Source: Gloeobacterales cyanobacterium
GTDB lineage: Bacteria > Cyanobacteriota > Cyanobacteriia > Gloeobacterales > PMM-0068
Reading direction: 5' to 3'
DNA length: 64,000 nucleotides
Assembly: GCA_038245785.1 (NCBI GenBank)
Contig: JBBRSB010000015.1
Location: forward strand, 1 to 64,000
Within the stretch, counting starts at the first letter, position 1. Each line of letters opens with the position of its first letter. Positions 1-12,505 of the stretch are shown here, piece by piece. Both the position numbers and the translations under genes were made by a program. Below the pieces are notes generated by a model that saw only the letters and a program-made list of their open reading frames with translations, was not told where the DNA came from and made no database searches.

Positions 1-228
1 CAATCGATTTTAGAACCTGCAGAGTGGCGATTACTGCGGCGCAAGTTTGAGCCTAAGAATCGCTCGCAGAAGCCTCCCACGCTGAAGCAAGCGGTACGCT
101 GGATTGCTCAATTAGGGGGATTCTTAGCGCGTAAAGGGGATAGGGAACCCGGACTGAAAACCCTTTGGCGCGGCATCGGCGTGCTCTTTCACCTACTGGA
201 AGGGGCACAACTCACCGCTAAACCCTAG
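1..228 (+). CDS. IS4-family (IS50/Tn5-like) transposase, C-terminal part (cut by window start)
   Basis: Frame +1 reads ...PPTLKQAVRWIAQLGGFLARKGDREPGLKTLWRG..., the IS50-group C-terminal dimerisation motif; TAG at 226-228. Not in the ORF track. Confidence 0.9.
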   Translation, partial: QSILEPAEWRLLRRKFEPKNRSQKPPTLKQAVRWIAQLGGFLARKGDREPGLKTLWRGIGVLFHLLEGAQLTAKP

Positions 229-267
229 CCCCTGAGGCTATCCTAGAGACTTTTGCGTAATGGATAG
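1..267 (+). mobile_element. Right end of IS4/IS50-like insertion sequence; probable terminal IR ...ACTTTTGCGTAATGGATAG
   Basis: Transposase 3' end followed by an IS50-like terminus, then an abrupt switch into a dispersed repeat at 268. The left end is outside the window, so the IR is unconfirmed. Confidence 0.65.
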
Positions 268-275
268 CCTTTGAG

Positions 276-304
276 GGGAGCTGTCCCGTAGGGACTGAGG
301 GGTT
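276..304. repeat. Dispersed short repeat GGGAGCTGTCCCRTAGGGACTSAGGGGTT (copy 1)
   Basis: 27/29 identical to 39702-39730; contains a GTCCC-RTA-GGGAC hairpin. Confidence 0.8.
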
Positions 305-370
305 TGCGAAGCTGGCGCTACAAGGGACGAAATTGCTGACAGCTCAAAGTTGCTTTTTAGCTTGGGGGGA

Positions 371-1702
371 TCAAGCCAAATTCTTAAACCGAGCAAACTG
401 TTTCTCAAAAAGTAACTTCACTGTTCCTGTCGGACCATTCCGATGTTTGGAAAGAATCACTTCAGCAATTCCTCTATCAGGACTGTCTGCGTTATAATAC
501 TCGTCTCGATAAACCATCATTACAAGATCCGCGTCTTGTTCAATACTTCCACTTTCCCTCAAATCTGATAGCATGGGCCGCTTATTAGTTCTGGCTTCTA
601 CCGCACGGGAAAGCTGGGACAAAGCCATAACAGGAACTTTGAGTTCTCTTCCTAATCCCTTCAGACCGCGCGTGATTTTGGATAATTCTTGAACTCGGTT
701 ATCGGAACTACCTTCCATGAGCTGCAGGTAATCAATAATAATCATGCCCAAACGTCCACCTTGCTCTGCCATCAGGCGGCGACATTTAGAGCGCATTTCC
801 ATGACGGTGGCATTGGGCGTGTCATCAATGAAAAGAGGACTGGACGCCAGTCGGCCAATCGCCGTACCTACTTTTTGCCACTCATTTTCACTAATTCTGC
901 CAGAGCGCAACCGATGGCTATCGATCTCCGCTTCACTGCTTAAAAGTCTCTGCACTAACTGTTCTTTGGACATTTCCAAGCTAAACACAACCACCGGCAA
1001 ATTAGCTTTCTGGGTAATGTTATGACCAATGGAGAGACAGAGCGAAGTTTTTCCCATAGAGGGTCTGCCAGCCACAATAATCAGGTCGGAAGGCTGGAAT
1101 CCCTGAGTCAGGCTATCGAGGTCATAGAAACTACTCGGAATCCCTGGGATTTCGGCCCCTTCTGTAAACCGCTGTTCTAAAGATTCAAAAATGTCCAGCA
1201 AAATATCAGAAGCTGGAACAACAGAGCGCGTAACCCGCTCCTGCGTGACCGCAAAAATCTTTTGTTCCGCTTGGTCTAAGGTGAGGGTGATTTCCTGAGC
1301 CGTGTCGTAACCCAGCGCTACGACTTCTTGGCCACCGCGAATAAGCTGTCTGCGCGTATACTTGTCTGCAATTAAACGAGCGTACTGGTCGATGTTGACC
1401 GTATTAACTAAGAATTCAACCAATCGGCGTAAGGCAGACTTGCCGCCTACCTTTTCTAGAAGGCCATTATCCTCTAGATAGGTAGTGACACTCATCAAAT
1501 CAGTCGGTAGACCTTGAGCGTTGAGGAGCAGGGCCGCCCGATAGATATCTTGGTGAGCAGCTACATAAAAAGCTTCAGGACGTAGAAGCTCCGCAACGCG
1601 GGTGAGGGCTTCACTATCCATAAGAATACCCCCCAGAATCGCTTCTTCGGCCTCAATATTTTGAGGAGGAAGACGGTCTTCTAGAGGGGAAAATTCTGTC
1701 AT
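371..1702 (-). CDS. dnaB: Replicative DNA helicase DnaB (no intein)
   Basis: PPQNIEAE N-terminus, GRPSMGKT Walker A, IIIDYLQL, SQLSR, DLRESGSIEQDAD; ATG at 1702 preferred. Confidence 0.98.
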   Translation of the reverse strand: MTEFSPLEDRLPPQNIEAEEAILGGILMDSEALTRVAELLRPEAFYVAAHQDIYRAALLLNAQGLPTDLMSVTTYLEDNGLLEKVGGKSALRRLVEFLVNTVNIDQYARLIADKYTRRQLIRGGQEVVALGYDTAQEITLTLDQAEQKIFAVTQERVTRSVVPASDILLDIFESLEQRFTEGAEIPGIPSSFYDLDSLTQGFQPSDLIIVAGRPSMGKTSLCLSIGHNITQKANLPVVVFSLEMSKEQLVQRLLSSEAEIDSHRLRSGRISENEWQKVGTAIGRLASSPLFIDDTPNATVMEMRSKCRRLMAEQGGRLGMIIIDYLQLMEGSSDNRVQELSKITRGLKGLGRELKVPVMALSQLSRAVEARTNKRPMLSDLRESGSIEQDADLVMMVYRDEYYNADSPDRGIAEVILSKHRNGPTGTVKLLFEKQFARFKNLA

Positions 1703-1798
1703 GGTAAATGATTGCCGAAATTCTCCTTGCACTGATACACCAAGCTAATGATTGAAACGAATCAGTAATTCGAGTATCAGCAGGCTTGGCCTGTTGTA

Positions 1799-2254
1799 TC
1801 AAGCACCAGCGACTTCGACCCTGATATTAGCAAATACTTCATGCGCTAGACGGATCTTAGCGCCGTAGGTGCCAATAGCGTTTATATTGTCATCCAGGGT
1901 GATTTCTCTGCGGTCGATTTCCTCACCCAGTAAGGTCTTCAGGGCATCAGCGACATCTTGGTTCGTAACGGTACCGAAGATCGAATCGTTTTCCCCTACT
2001 TGCTTGTAGATGATCACCTTGGCCAAGGCTTCAATAGAACTGCGTTTAGCAATCGCTGCTTCACGAAGAGCAGCCAAACGTGCTCGTTCTTTCGCTTTGC
2101 GGGCTTCAATAGCCTTGATCAAGCCAGGAGTAGCTTTCTGAGCATAACCCTTAGGAATTAAATAGTTGCGAGCGTAACCAGGAGCCACTTCTACCAAATC
2201 CCCTGATTCACCCAATTTCTGCACATCCTCGACGAGGACTAGCTTGACGCCCAT
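1799..2254 (-). CDS. rplI: 50S ribosomal protein L9
   Basis: VEVAPGYARNYLIP and IFGTVT motifs; conserved rplI-dnaB order. Confidence 0.98.
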   Translation of the reverse strand: MGVKLVLVEDVQKLGESGDLVEVAPGYARNYLIPKGYAQKATPGLIKAIEARKAKERARLAALREAAIAKRSSIEALAKVIIYKQVGENDSIFGTVTNQDVADALKTLLGEEIDRREITLDDNINAIGTYGAKIRLAHEVFANIRVEVAGA

Positions 2255-2366
2255 GATGTTTTCCTTACTTTCTTTTTACCAAAGAAATTAATATACCAGA
2301 GTTTGGGGGACAGGCAGAGGCATGGCACAATAATAATCTCAGCTTCTCCTACGTTTGAGTACCTGC

Positions 2367-2918
2367 ATGACCCAACGCGTGTTGTTGAGACAAGCCTTAA
2401 CTAAAGTTTTCCCAACTTTGAGTACTACAGAGCTTCAAACCCTTACGAATAGAATGGAAAAAGCCTCCTTTCCTCCGGGGACGAAGATCTTCCAGCAGGG
2501 CGAACAAGGGGACTCTCTATATGTTGTTGTAGATGGCTCTGTACAGATTCGCTATTGTCTGGTCGTGGGTCAGCCAAGGGATATTCTTTTAGCTAATCTA
2601 GGTGCGGCCTCGCTCTTTGGAGAAATGTCTCTTTTTGGCGATCATTTGCGCTCTGCTTCCGCCGTGTGTGCTACTACCGTTACGCTTTACCGATTTTCGC
2701 GGGAAGACTTGGCCAAGCAACCCCCCGAAATTATGCTTAAGCTCTACCAAAGTTTTTCCAGTATTCTTAGCAACAGATTGGCTAATTTAAATAAACGATT
2801 CGCTGAGTTAATGACCTTCTCGGATGTATTAACCAATGAAGGGGGAAGGAGCGTTCTTCTAGGTGAGATGCAGCAGCGTATTTTTGCCGAAATCATGGGT
2901 TTGGATAGCCAAACTTAA
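2367..2918 (+). CDS. Cyclic nucleotide-binding (cNMP) domain protein, no obvious HTH
   Basis: IFQQGEQGDSLYVVVDGSV...FGEMSL...RSASA signature. Confidence 0.8.
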   Translation: MTQRVLLRQALTKVFPTLSTTELQTLTNRMEKASFPPGTKIFQQGEQGDSLYVVVDGSVQIRYCLVVGQPRDILLANLGAASLFGEMSLFGDHLRSASAVCATTVTLYRFSREDLAKQPPEIMLKLYQSFSSILSNRLANLNKRFAELMTFSDVLTNEGGRSVLLGEMQQRIFAEIMGLDSQT

Positions 2919-2921
2919 GCA

Positions 2922-5820
<2,899 letters not shown>

Positions 5821-5844
5821 GAAGTTCATTCAAACTTTCTCTTT

Positions 5845-5875
5845 AGAAGCCAGGACTGCCTGGCTTCTTTTTTAT
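5845..5875 (+). terminator. Rho-independent terminator of atpD
   Basis: AGAAGCCAGG-actg-CCTGGCTTCT followed by a T tract. Confidence 0.9.
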
Positions 5876-5910
5876 CTTTTGCTTGAACTCTGGAGGGTAG
5901 AGAGCGTGAA

Positions 5911-7332
5911 ATGAAAAATTCCTTACTTGAACTGAGTTATGAGCCTGCTATCGAGGCCTTGGGCAATCAATATTTTGATGAAGTAGAACCTGCTGAATTT
6001 CCGCAGCGTTTGCTCCGTTTTCGTAATGATGACGTGCTATCTAAGCTGGGCCTAAAAGCAGTCAGTGTGACGGACGAGCATTTTATTGAAGCGTTTGGTC
6101 GGTTTCAAAGTAGACGGCCCCTCCTCGCACTCTGCTATCACGGCTATCAGTTCGGGCAGTACAATCCGCGCTTAGGAGATGGCCGAGGATTCCTCTATGG
6201 TCAGGTCCGAGGGATAGACGGAGAACTCTACGATTTTGGTACCAAAGGCTCGGGCACAACCCCATACTCGAGGACAGCTGATGGCAGACTGACGCTGAAA
6301 GGGGGTATCCGTGAAGTATTGGCCTCAGAAGCGCTCCATGCCTTAGGCGTTCGCACTTCCCGTTGTCTAAGTCTGATTGAAACGGGAGAAGCTCTATTCC
6401 GTGGGGATGAGCCTTCTCCAACACGCTCCTCCGTCATGGTTCGTTTTAGTCGCTCTCACATTCGTTTTGGGACGTTTGAGCGGTTAGATTATTTAGGACG
6501 TGGGGACTTAATCAAAATCCTTTTAGACCACGTTATTGAACAGTATTATCCTCACTTGCAGGCAGAAAAAGATGGCTATGCTCTGTTTTATGCAGAGCTT
6601 GTCGAGAAGACTGCAGATTTGTGTGCCCAATGGATGTCCGTAGGGTTCTGTCATGCAGTATTGAACACCGATAACATGTCTATCACAGGAGAAAGTTTTG
6701 ATTATGGTCCCTATGCCTTTATAGACCGCTACGATCCTCTTTTCACGGCAGCCTACTTTGACCACTATGGTCGCTATAGCTATGGTAATCAGCCAGCAGT
6801 CTGTCAGTGGAATCTGAAGATGCTCCAAAATCCCTTGGAAGCTGTACTTTCTATGGCTGATATGGAAGTTGGACTTGCTACTTTTGAGGAGTGCTACAGT
6901 GCTGTCTATACCCAGAGAATGCTCAACAAATTAGGCTTTAATCAATCAATTAGCCCCGAGCTGTACGATCTATTAAATTTGACGCTTAAATTACTAAAAG
7001 ATACTGAGGTGGGTTATCACCAATTCTTTTCTGAATTGACCGAACAATTTTCTTATGATTGGCAAAAAGGTCCCGAACATATTTTCAAAGATAGTTATCT
7101 ATATCAGGCAGCGTATTCAGAGCCGTGGCGGGTCCGATATCATCATTTATTATCAGAGCTTCCTTTATCTGAGATAGCCGATGTAGCGCAATGTTTACGC
7201 CAGCATAATCCCAAGACTATTCTTCTAAGACCTGCTATTGAGGAAGTTTGGAGCCATATTACCTATGATGATAATTGGGAACCATTCGACACTTTGGTCC
7301 AACAATTACAAAATCCCTATGCCTATTCATAA
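5911..7332 (+). CDS. selO: Protein adenylyltransferase SelO/YdiU family
   Basis: [42 protein letters not shown]. Confidence 0.93.
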   Translation: MKNSLLELSYEPAIEALGNQYFDEVEPAEFPQRLLRFRNDDVLSKLGLKAVSVTDEHFIEAFGRFQSRRPLLALCYHGYQFGQYNPRLGDGRGFLYGQVRGIDGELYDFGTKGSGTTPYSRTADGRLTLKGGIREVLASEALHALGVRTSRCLSLIETGEALFRGDEPSPTRSSVMVRFSRSHIRFGTFERLDYLGRGDLIKILLDHVIEQYYPHLQAEKDGYALFYAELVEKTADLCAQWMSVGFCHAVLNTDNMSITGESFDYGPYAFIDRYDPLFTAAYFDHYGRYSYGNQPAVCQWNLKMLQNPLEAVLSMADMEVGLATFEECYSAVYTQRMLNKLGFNQSISPELYDLLNLTLKLLKDTEVGYHQFFSELTEQFSYDWQKGPEHIFKDSYLYQAAYSEPWRVRYHHLLSELPLSEIADVAQCLRQHNPKTILLRPAIEEVWSHITYDDNWEPFDTLVQQLQNPYAYS

Positions 7333-7385
7333 AAATTGGTTCAGATTAATGGGGTTTATATCAATAACCATCACGATTGGGGTTC

Positions 7386-7415
7386 TGTAGAGACACGATA
7401 TATCGTGTCTCTACA
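7386..7415. repeat. REP-like perfect 30-bp palindrome TGTAGAGACACGATA|TATCGTGTCTCTACA
   Basis: Perfect palindrome between convergent genes; 28-bp core identical at 61189-61216. Confidence 0.9.
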
Positions 7416-7504
7416 AACGTTTTAGGATAACTTAATGGTTTGATGATCACCATTATTTTTGGTTGATCGTAAACAATAATTCTAAAAATACCAATTTCTG
7501 TACC

Positions 7505-8719
7505 CTATCCAATTAAATCAGCCACCCGGATGGCAGACGTAACCGCCCCTTCATGTAAACCATCTCCAAGATAGGCTCCTGCATGGTAGGTATTATGCTC
7601 ACCGTTTGTCTGAACAATTTCATCTCTGTGCTTGAAAGCCTCAACAGTATAGAGCGGAGTATGGTGCTCTTGCGTATGCAGGATTTTGTCCTTTGCAATC
7701 AAATCATCTAGATTGAAGGCCAGATTATAGGCAATTGGGGATGATATCCCACAAAGCTGATTGAGATAAGCGTTATAGCCCCATCCCTTATCCGTTTGGA
7801 AAAAATCAAATTCTGATATATGTTTGATGCCGTGTTGGGCATACATCGAAGTATCTGTGTGGATCACTGTTTTTGCCCGGTTTGCCTTCCAGTCAGAAAA
7901 CCTTTCGATTTCTCCAGGAGTTGGATCAGACAATAATTTCATCACTTGGTCCGGCGGCATTGCGAAAACAACTTTGTCAAACTGATAGGCTGTATCATTC
8001 GATAACTTAATCATCACGGCATCATCTGTTCTAGAAATTTCTGTGACCTCTACGCCAATTAAGAGATCACCCTTAAAGCGTTCCAGAATTTTTTCGATGT
8101 AGGAATACACCCCTCCTTTAATACGTAACCAATCCACATAGACGTAATCGCTCATAGCAGGAATCGCCAGTGCTGCCGGGAAATTATCCATGAGTTCAAA
8201 GGGCATCGAGTAGCTATACATGGTCAGTGATTTTAGCCAGTCATTGCCAATCGCTGGAATCTTCATGAATTGAGACAGAGACTGATTGTGAAGGTCCTGT
8301 TCACGGGGAGAGCGTAGCTCTAACCATAGTCCGAGAGAACGGGCATAGAGACTTTCGAGCTTAAGATATTCGATCACTCGTTGTAATCCCGTGAAGTTCT
8401 TGCGGATCACCTCAGGCGAGAGAAAGTGATGACCATTTTTTAGATATAAGGCGGACCCTAGCGTCACAGGTTCTAATTCAACCCCTAGCTCTTCCATTAA
8501 GGCCAAAAAGTTATGAAACTTACGAGGAAACTCAAGCACTCCTGCTTCTAAAAAAAAGCCAGGTTCAGACTGGTTAAAGGACACATTCTTGTTGAGTGTT
8601 CGAATATGGCCACCTAAAATAGGTTGTCTTTCAAAAACCGTAACATGATGTTCATTTTTGTTGAGCAAATAGGCTGTTACCATGCCGCTTGCGCCACCAC
8701 CAATAATAGCAATTTTCAT
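7505..8719 (-). CDS. FAD-dependent oxidoreductase (COG2907-like, amine oxidase superfamily)
   Basis: IAIIGGGASG Rossmann motif, GGHIRT, AGAYLGDGLHEGAVTSA. Confidence 0.8.
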   Translation of the reverse strand: MKIAIIGGGASGMVTAYLLNKNEHHVTVFERQPILGGHIRTLNKNVSFNQSEPGFFLEAGVLEFPRKFHNFLALMEELGVELEPVTLGSALYLKNGHHFLSPEVIRKNFTGLQRVIEYLKLESLYARSLGLWLELRSPREQDLHNQSLSQFMKIPAIGNDWLKSLTMYSYSMPFELMDNFPAALAIPAMSDYVYVDWLRIKGGVYSYIEKILERFKGDLLIGVEVTEISRTDDAVMIKLSNDTAYQFDKVVFAMPPDQVMKLLSDPTPGEIERFSDWKANRAKTVIHTDTSMYAQHGIKHISEFDFFQTDKGWGYNAYLNQLCGISSPIAYNLAFNLDDLIAKDKILHTQEHHTPLYTVEAFKHRDEIVQTNGEHNTYHAGAYLGDGLHEGAVTSAIRVADLIG

Positions 8720-8737
8720 AGTTCACTACCCTACTTA

Positions 8738-10276
8738 TTAGCTCTTTGACAAAATTGCATCTCCCGACAATCTTTGATACAGAAGGGCTCCTGTCCAAAA
8801 AGTAGGAGCAAAGCCCGGATAACCTGAGGATGCATTACAGAAATAGAAATTCTTAAGCGAAGTTTTGTGATTCAACCTCCCAATCCCCATGTTGCGGGGT
8901 GTCAAATTAGAACCATAGGAATTGCCCTGAGGACACCAGCAAAATCGCTCGTTAGTTGTAGGACTACCTGTGATTTTAAAAACTATATGTTTTCTAAAAT
9001 CAGGCACATAGTTTTTTTCAACAACATCCAAAATAGAATCTAGAATTTCCTCTTTTTTCCTGTTATAGGCCTTGCGGTCAGTGTCATTTAGGTTCTTGAA
9101 GTACTCATAGTTAGCAACCGTCAAGAACTCAACAATTTGATGACCTTCTGGACAGTCTCGTTTATCTTCTGTGAGCAAGGTCGGGGTTGTAATGGCGAAA
9201 CTGGGATTGGAATAATCATTCTTGTCATACATCTGGTAGAAGGCTTCATTCAAATCCTGATGTCCTGTATGGAATGTATTCCATTTACCAAAGCCATAGT
9301 CTCGCAGATCAATATCTTTAACGACACAGTAGGCCATGTAGTTCGAAGGTGAATAATCATAATTAAGCTTCTGACGAATCGAATTAGAGAAATTTTCTGG
9401 TCCAATCATCTGGGCTGCTTTTTTCGGGTCCATGTTGCAGATAATTGTTTTGCCTGTGAATTCACGAGTTCGGTGGGTGACGAGATCGGTCGCCTTGACT
9501 CCAATCACTTCTTTGTCTTTGACTACGAAATTGGTGACTTCTTTATTAAGGAGAACTTCTCCTCCATGTTTTTTGATAACGCTGACTAAGGACTCAATCA
9601 CATGCTCAAAATGCTGCTTCGGATAAAAAGCACCTTGTTGATATCCCGTAAATAAAATCACCCAGGCGAAAAAAGAAAGTTGGTCTGGAGGCAGCAAAAA
9701 ATCAGGCCATTGCAGGGCTAAAAGTGTTTGTGCCTCTTGTGGCAGGTCAAATTTATCAAAGACATCCTGAAGCGTACTGTTTAGATATAGGACTGCGCAG
9801 AAAACTTCATCTAAATGCTTGATCACTTCGGCAAAGTTCACGGGAGGAGATAGTTTCCTCATCCCTTCACTCGTCTTCTGGACTTCCTTAATAAATTTAC
9901 GAATCTTATCGGCATCGTTTGGGAAGAGAGCAGAAAGCCGATGGATTAGCTCACGGTTTTCGGAGGGAATTTCCAGGGCGTAGCCCGGCATCCGCATATG
10001 GTCAAAACCGTTAGGGTCATAGCGCGTAAACGTTACGTCTTTATCTAGACCCAGCTTTTTCAAGACTTTCTGGACGGTTTGTCCTTCTCCGCAATCCCAA
10101 ACGTAATGAAATTGGGCATTAAACGTATATTTCTTCGCCATCGTAAACGTATGGCCAAAACCGCCTGGATGCTCATGGGCTTCTAAGACCTGAACGGTCT
10201 TCCCAGAATTTGCCATCAACGCTCCAAACACCAAGGCCGATAAGCCACTGCCTACAATCAGGTAATCCGCTTCCAT
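8738..10276 (-). CDS. Phytoene desaturase-family (COG1233) FAD oxidoreductase
   Basis: IVGSGLSAL, EAHEHPGG, C-terminal SPTTNERF...GNSYG. Confidence 0.8.
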   Translation of the reverse strand: MEADYLIVGSGLSALVFGALMANSGKTVQVLEAHEHPGGFGHTFTMAKKYTFNAQFHYVWDCGEGQTVQKVLKKLGLDKDVTFTRYDPNGFDHMRMPGYALEIPSENRELIHRLSALFPNDADKIRKFIKEVQKTSEGMRKLSPPVNFAEVIKHLDEVFCAVLYLNSTLQDVFDKFDLPQEAQTLLALQWPDFLLPPDQLSFFAWVILFTGYQQGAFYPKQHFEHVIESLVSVIKKHGGEVLLNKEVTNFVVKDKEVIGVKATDLVTHRTREFTGKTIICNMDPKKAAQMIGPENFSNSIRQKLNYDYSPSNYMAYCVVKDIDLRDYGFGKWNTFHTGHQDLNEAFYQMYDKNDYSNPSFAITTPTLLTEDKRDCPEGHQIVEFLTVANYEYFKNLNDTDRKAYNRKKEEILDSILDVVEKNYVPDFRKHIVFKITGSPTTNERFCWCPQGNSYGSNLTPRNMGIGRLNHKTSLKNFYFCNASSGYPGFAPTFWTGALLYQRLSGDAILSKS

Positions 10277-10529
10277 ACAACGTTTCTCTCAATTATTTTA
10301 TTTTCAGTACTGTGATAGCCCTATGGAGGAATGCACCCAAATCAGACGCCGATACTAACTAGCCAATACGGACATTGTTGTATCCATATTTACGGTCCTC
10401 AGCTGACGTTTTGCCAAGTATCTTAAGAAGAACAAGTAAAGCTTGAACTCGCTCAGGAAGAACTTTTCCTCCCCTTGAATTGCTTCTTTTTTAAGCCTAG
10501 AGGCCAAATATGAGGAACTTGTGAGGAAG

Positions 10530-10555
10530 CCCCCCCGGCCCCCAATTCTGGGGGA
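10530..10555. repeat. Short GC-rich intergenic hairpin repeat CCCCC-AATTCT-GGGGG
   Basis: Preceded by CCCCCGGCCCC, the same leader as the 16086-16122 hairpin. Confidence 0.55.
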
Positions 10556-10823
10556 GAAACATCCTCTATAGCTTCTGGACTAGCCTCTCAGCAGAAATAC
10601 TATAGAGTGATTTTCTGTTTGAGAAAAAGAGTATCAAAGGCAAGAGGTAACGATAATGCCAAATAGCACTGCAGTCACCCAAACGAAGCATCAAATGACT
10701 ATAGCGCTCCGACAAGAGGCGTGAAATGATCTGTAAGCGATTCCCGCTTCGGGTAAGGCTTTAGGCCAAGGGCAGTGTTTCACAATTCAGATGTGATGGC
10801 TATAGTATGAAGTTATTACTATG

Positions 10824-11208
10824 TTAGGTAGCTCCAATTGACCACCCACATCGTCCAAGGGAAAGAAATCACAGATTGGGATTCCTTTCACAACTTTTTC
10901 GCTAAGGAGTTTGATTTCCCTGACTACTATGGGAGAAACATGAACGCTTGGATCGATTGCATGGGTGATGTAGGTGAGAATCAAATCACCACATTGTTGA
11001 TTCACAACGTGAACTTCCTTCGTGAGAGAAACAGGGAAATCTACGATTCCCTCATCGAATGCTCTGCATTCGTCAACTGGCGCTACGTATCTGAAGATGG
11101 TCAGCCAGCACTTGCCCTTGCCTTCTATGATTAACATTCCGCACGAGCTACCTAACCAGCCAATGCACCGGACCCCACCGCTGCCCATGGGGCCGGTGAT
11201 CGGCGACG
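10824..11208 (+). mobile_element. Integron gene cassette (barstar-family gene plus attC), no intI in window
   Basis: Begins at G^TTAGGTAGCTC (10823); its exact reverse complement GAGCTACCTAAC lies at 11145-11156, followed by a complete attC. Confidence 0.85.
10838..11134 (+). CDS. Barstar-family (barnase inhibitor-like) protein
   Basis: ITDWDSFH..FAKEFDFPDYYGRNMNAWIDCM signature. Confidence 0.88.
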   Translation: MTTHIVQGKEITDWDSFHNFFAKEFDFPDYYGRNMNAWIDCMGDVGENQITTLLIHNVNFLRERNREIYDSLIECSAFVNWRYVSEDGQPALALAFYD

Positions 11209-11214
11209 TTCTCT
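11150..11214 (+). other. attC recombination site (65 bp)
   Basis: R'' ACCTAAC, 5-nt spacer, L'' AATGCACC (extra base at position 4), GG-A-CCCCA stem with a second extrahelical base, L' GGTGATC, 6-nt spacer, GTT at 11208. Confidence 0.87.
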
Positions 11215-11249
11215 CTGGGTAAACTTTAACGTGATATCACAGAACACTC

Positions 11250-12041
11250 ATGGATAAGTCTGCAATTGAACGAGAGCTTGAATCCATCGAATACAAAGAA
11301 GAATGGAAGCGTCATCAGGTTATCAACCGTTCTCTTTTGATGTGCTTATCATTCTGCATGATGGATTTTGGTCGAGCTCCCCAGCTTTCACATCGTAATT
11401 TTTTTACTCGCATGGCCTATGACATTATTCAATCATGCATATCTATTGAAGCGTTAGCTGAAGATGGTATCAGAAACAGTTGTCGTAGAGAGTTGAGGTA
11501 TCTCCTAGAGTTATCCATAAAAGCCTGTTTCATTTCACGAGAATATCTTGACGAAAATTTTACAGAGCAAGTTGAAAAGTACGAAAAGCTTTTAAAGTCA
11601 ACAAATATCAACATTATAAATAAAATTGAGCTTTTCTTCTTTACAGAGGAGCGAACAAGTGAGTTTCGCGCAGAAGCAAAACGTACTTATGGTGCTCTTT
11701 CAAATTATGTTCATCTTACTCCACACCAAATCTACGAAAGTTTAGCTCTTTTTGAAGCGGGACGACATATGGGATTTGAGGGTGTAAAAGAACTAACTGA
11801 ACTTAACTCAGAGCTTGAAAGAACGTATGATCTAGTTTTGACACTCTTTTTGCATTCTATCCCAAGTAATTTTGTAGGTGACTTCATGGTGGATAGGAAT
11901 ATTGATGGTCGACTAGTTGGTTGGCACTTTTCAAAATCTAAATACCTTGCTGATATAGATTCATACTTTGACTACAAGCATGAAAGACAAGAGTTTCTGG
12001 AAGAAATTCGCGATACAAGAACTAGGAACATTGCATTTTGA
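11250..12041 (+). CDS. AT-rich hypothetical protein, DUF5677/HEPN-like
   Basis: RxLLE and YGALSNYVH motifs resemble DUF5677-type proteins; family assignment tentative. Confidence 0.55.
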   Translation: MDKSAIERELESIEYKEEWKRHQVINRSLLMCLSFCMMDFGRAPQLSHRNFFTRMAYDIIQSCISIEALAEDGIRNSCRRELRYLLELSIKACFISREYLDENFTEQVEKYEKLLKSTNINIINKIELFFFTEERTSEFRAEAKRTYGALSNYVHLTPHQIYESLALFEAGRHMGFEGVKELTELNSELERTYDLVLTLFLHSIPSNFVGDFMVDRNIDGRLVGWHFSKSKYLADIDSYFDYKHERQEFLEEIRDTRTRNIAF

Positions 12042-12103
12042 CTAAGGACTCGATCGGCACTATTTATTTTAGGTAGTATTAACAATTACGACATTACTTA
12101 GGA

Positions 12104-12394
12104 TCATTTCAGTTGAGGAATTCTGTCAGAAGAAAATTCAATCCAGCGATTCCCTGTCTCTAAAGACTCTGTTGGTAAGTATAGGAGTACTGTTTTGCCA
12201 TTAGCCTGATTCCCAGGCAGCTTTACTCTGAGAAGTGCGATTCCCTTCTGCAAATCTATTTTCTCTAAATCTGATTCTTGAACAAAAAGAGAAAGCTTTT
12301 TGTGAGAGTCAAGTTCAATTTCTACTGCATACTCATTTGGAAACATACCAGGAGAAACCGAACAAGGAATCGTTATAGTTTGGGATTGGGCCAT
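12104..12394 (-). CDS. Hypothetical protein
   Basis: 96-aa ATG-initiated ORF filling the intergenic space. Confidence 0.65.
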   Translation of the reverse strand: MAQSQTITIPCSVSPGMFPNEYAVEIELDSHKKLSLFVQESDLEKIDLQKGIALLRVKLPGNQANGKTVLLYLPTESLETGNRWIEFSSDRIPQLK

Positions 12395-12505
12395 GGCTTT
12401 TGCCTAAAAGATGAGTATTTTGCGGCTGTACAAGGAGTAGTTCTACTTTAACCAAAGAGTTCTGGTTTTTTCTTAACTACTCCTTACGACAGCTTGACCG
12501 CATTC

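Noticed and set aside
371..1702. Intein in DnaB (also checked DnaX)
   Set aside because: Both proteins are contiguous through the usual insertion motifs; the extra length of DnaX is a Pro/Ala-rich linker.
10801..10830. dif or attI site at the cassette's left junction
   Set aside because: Only CTATGTTA resembles a XerD arm; there is no XerC arm, no attI direct repeats and no adjacent intI.
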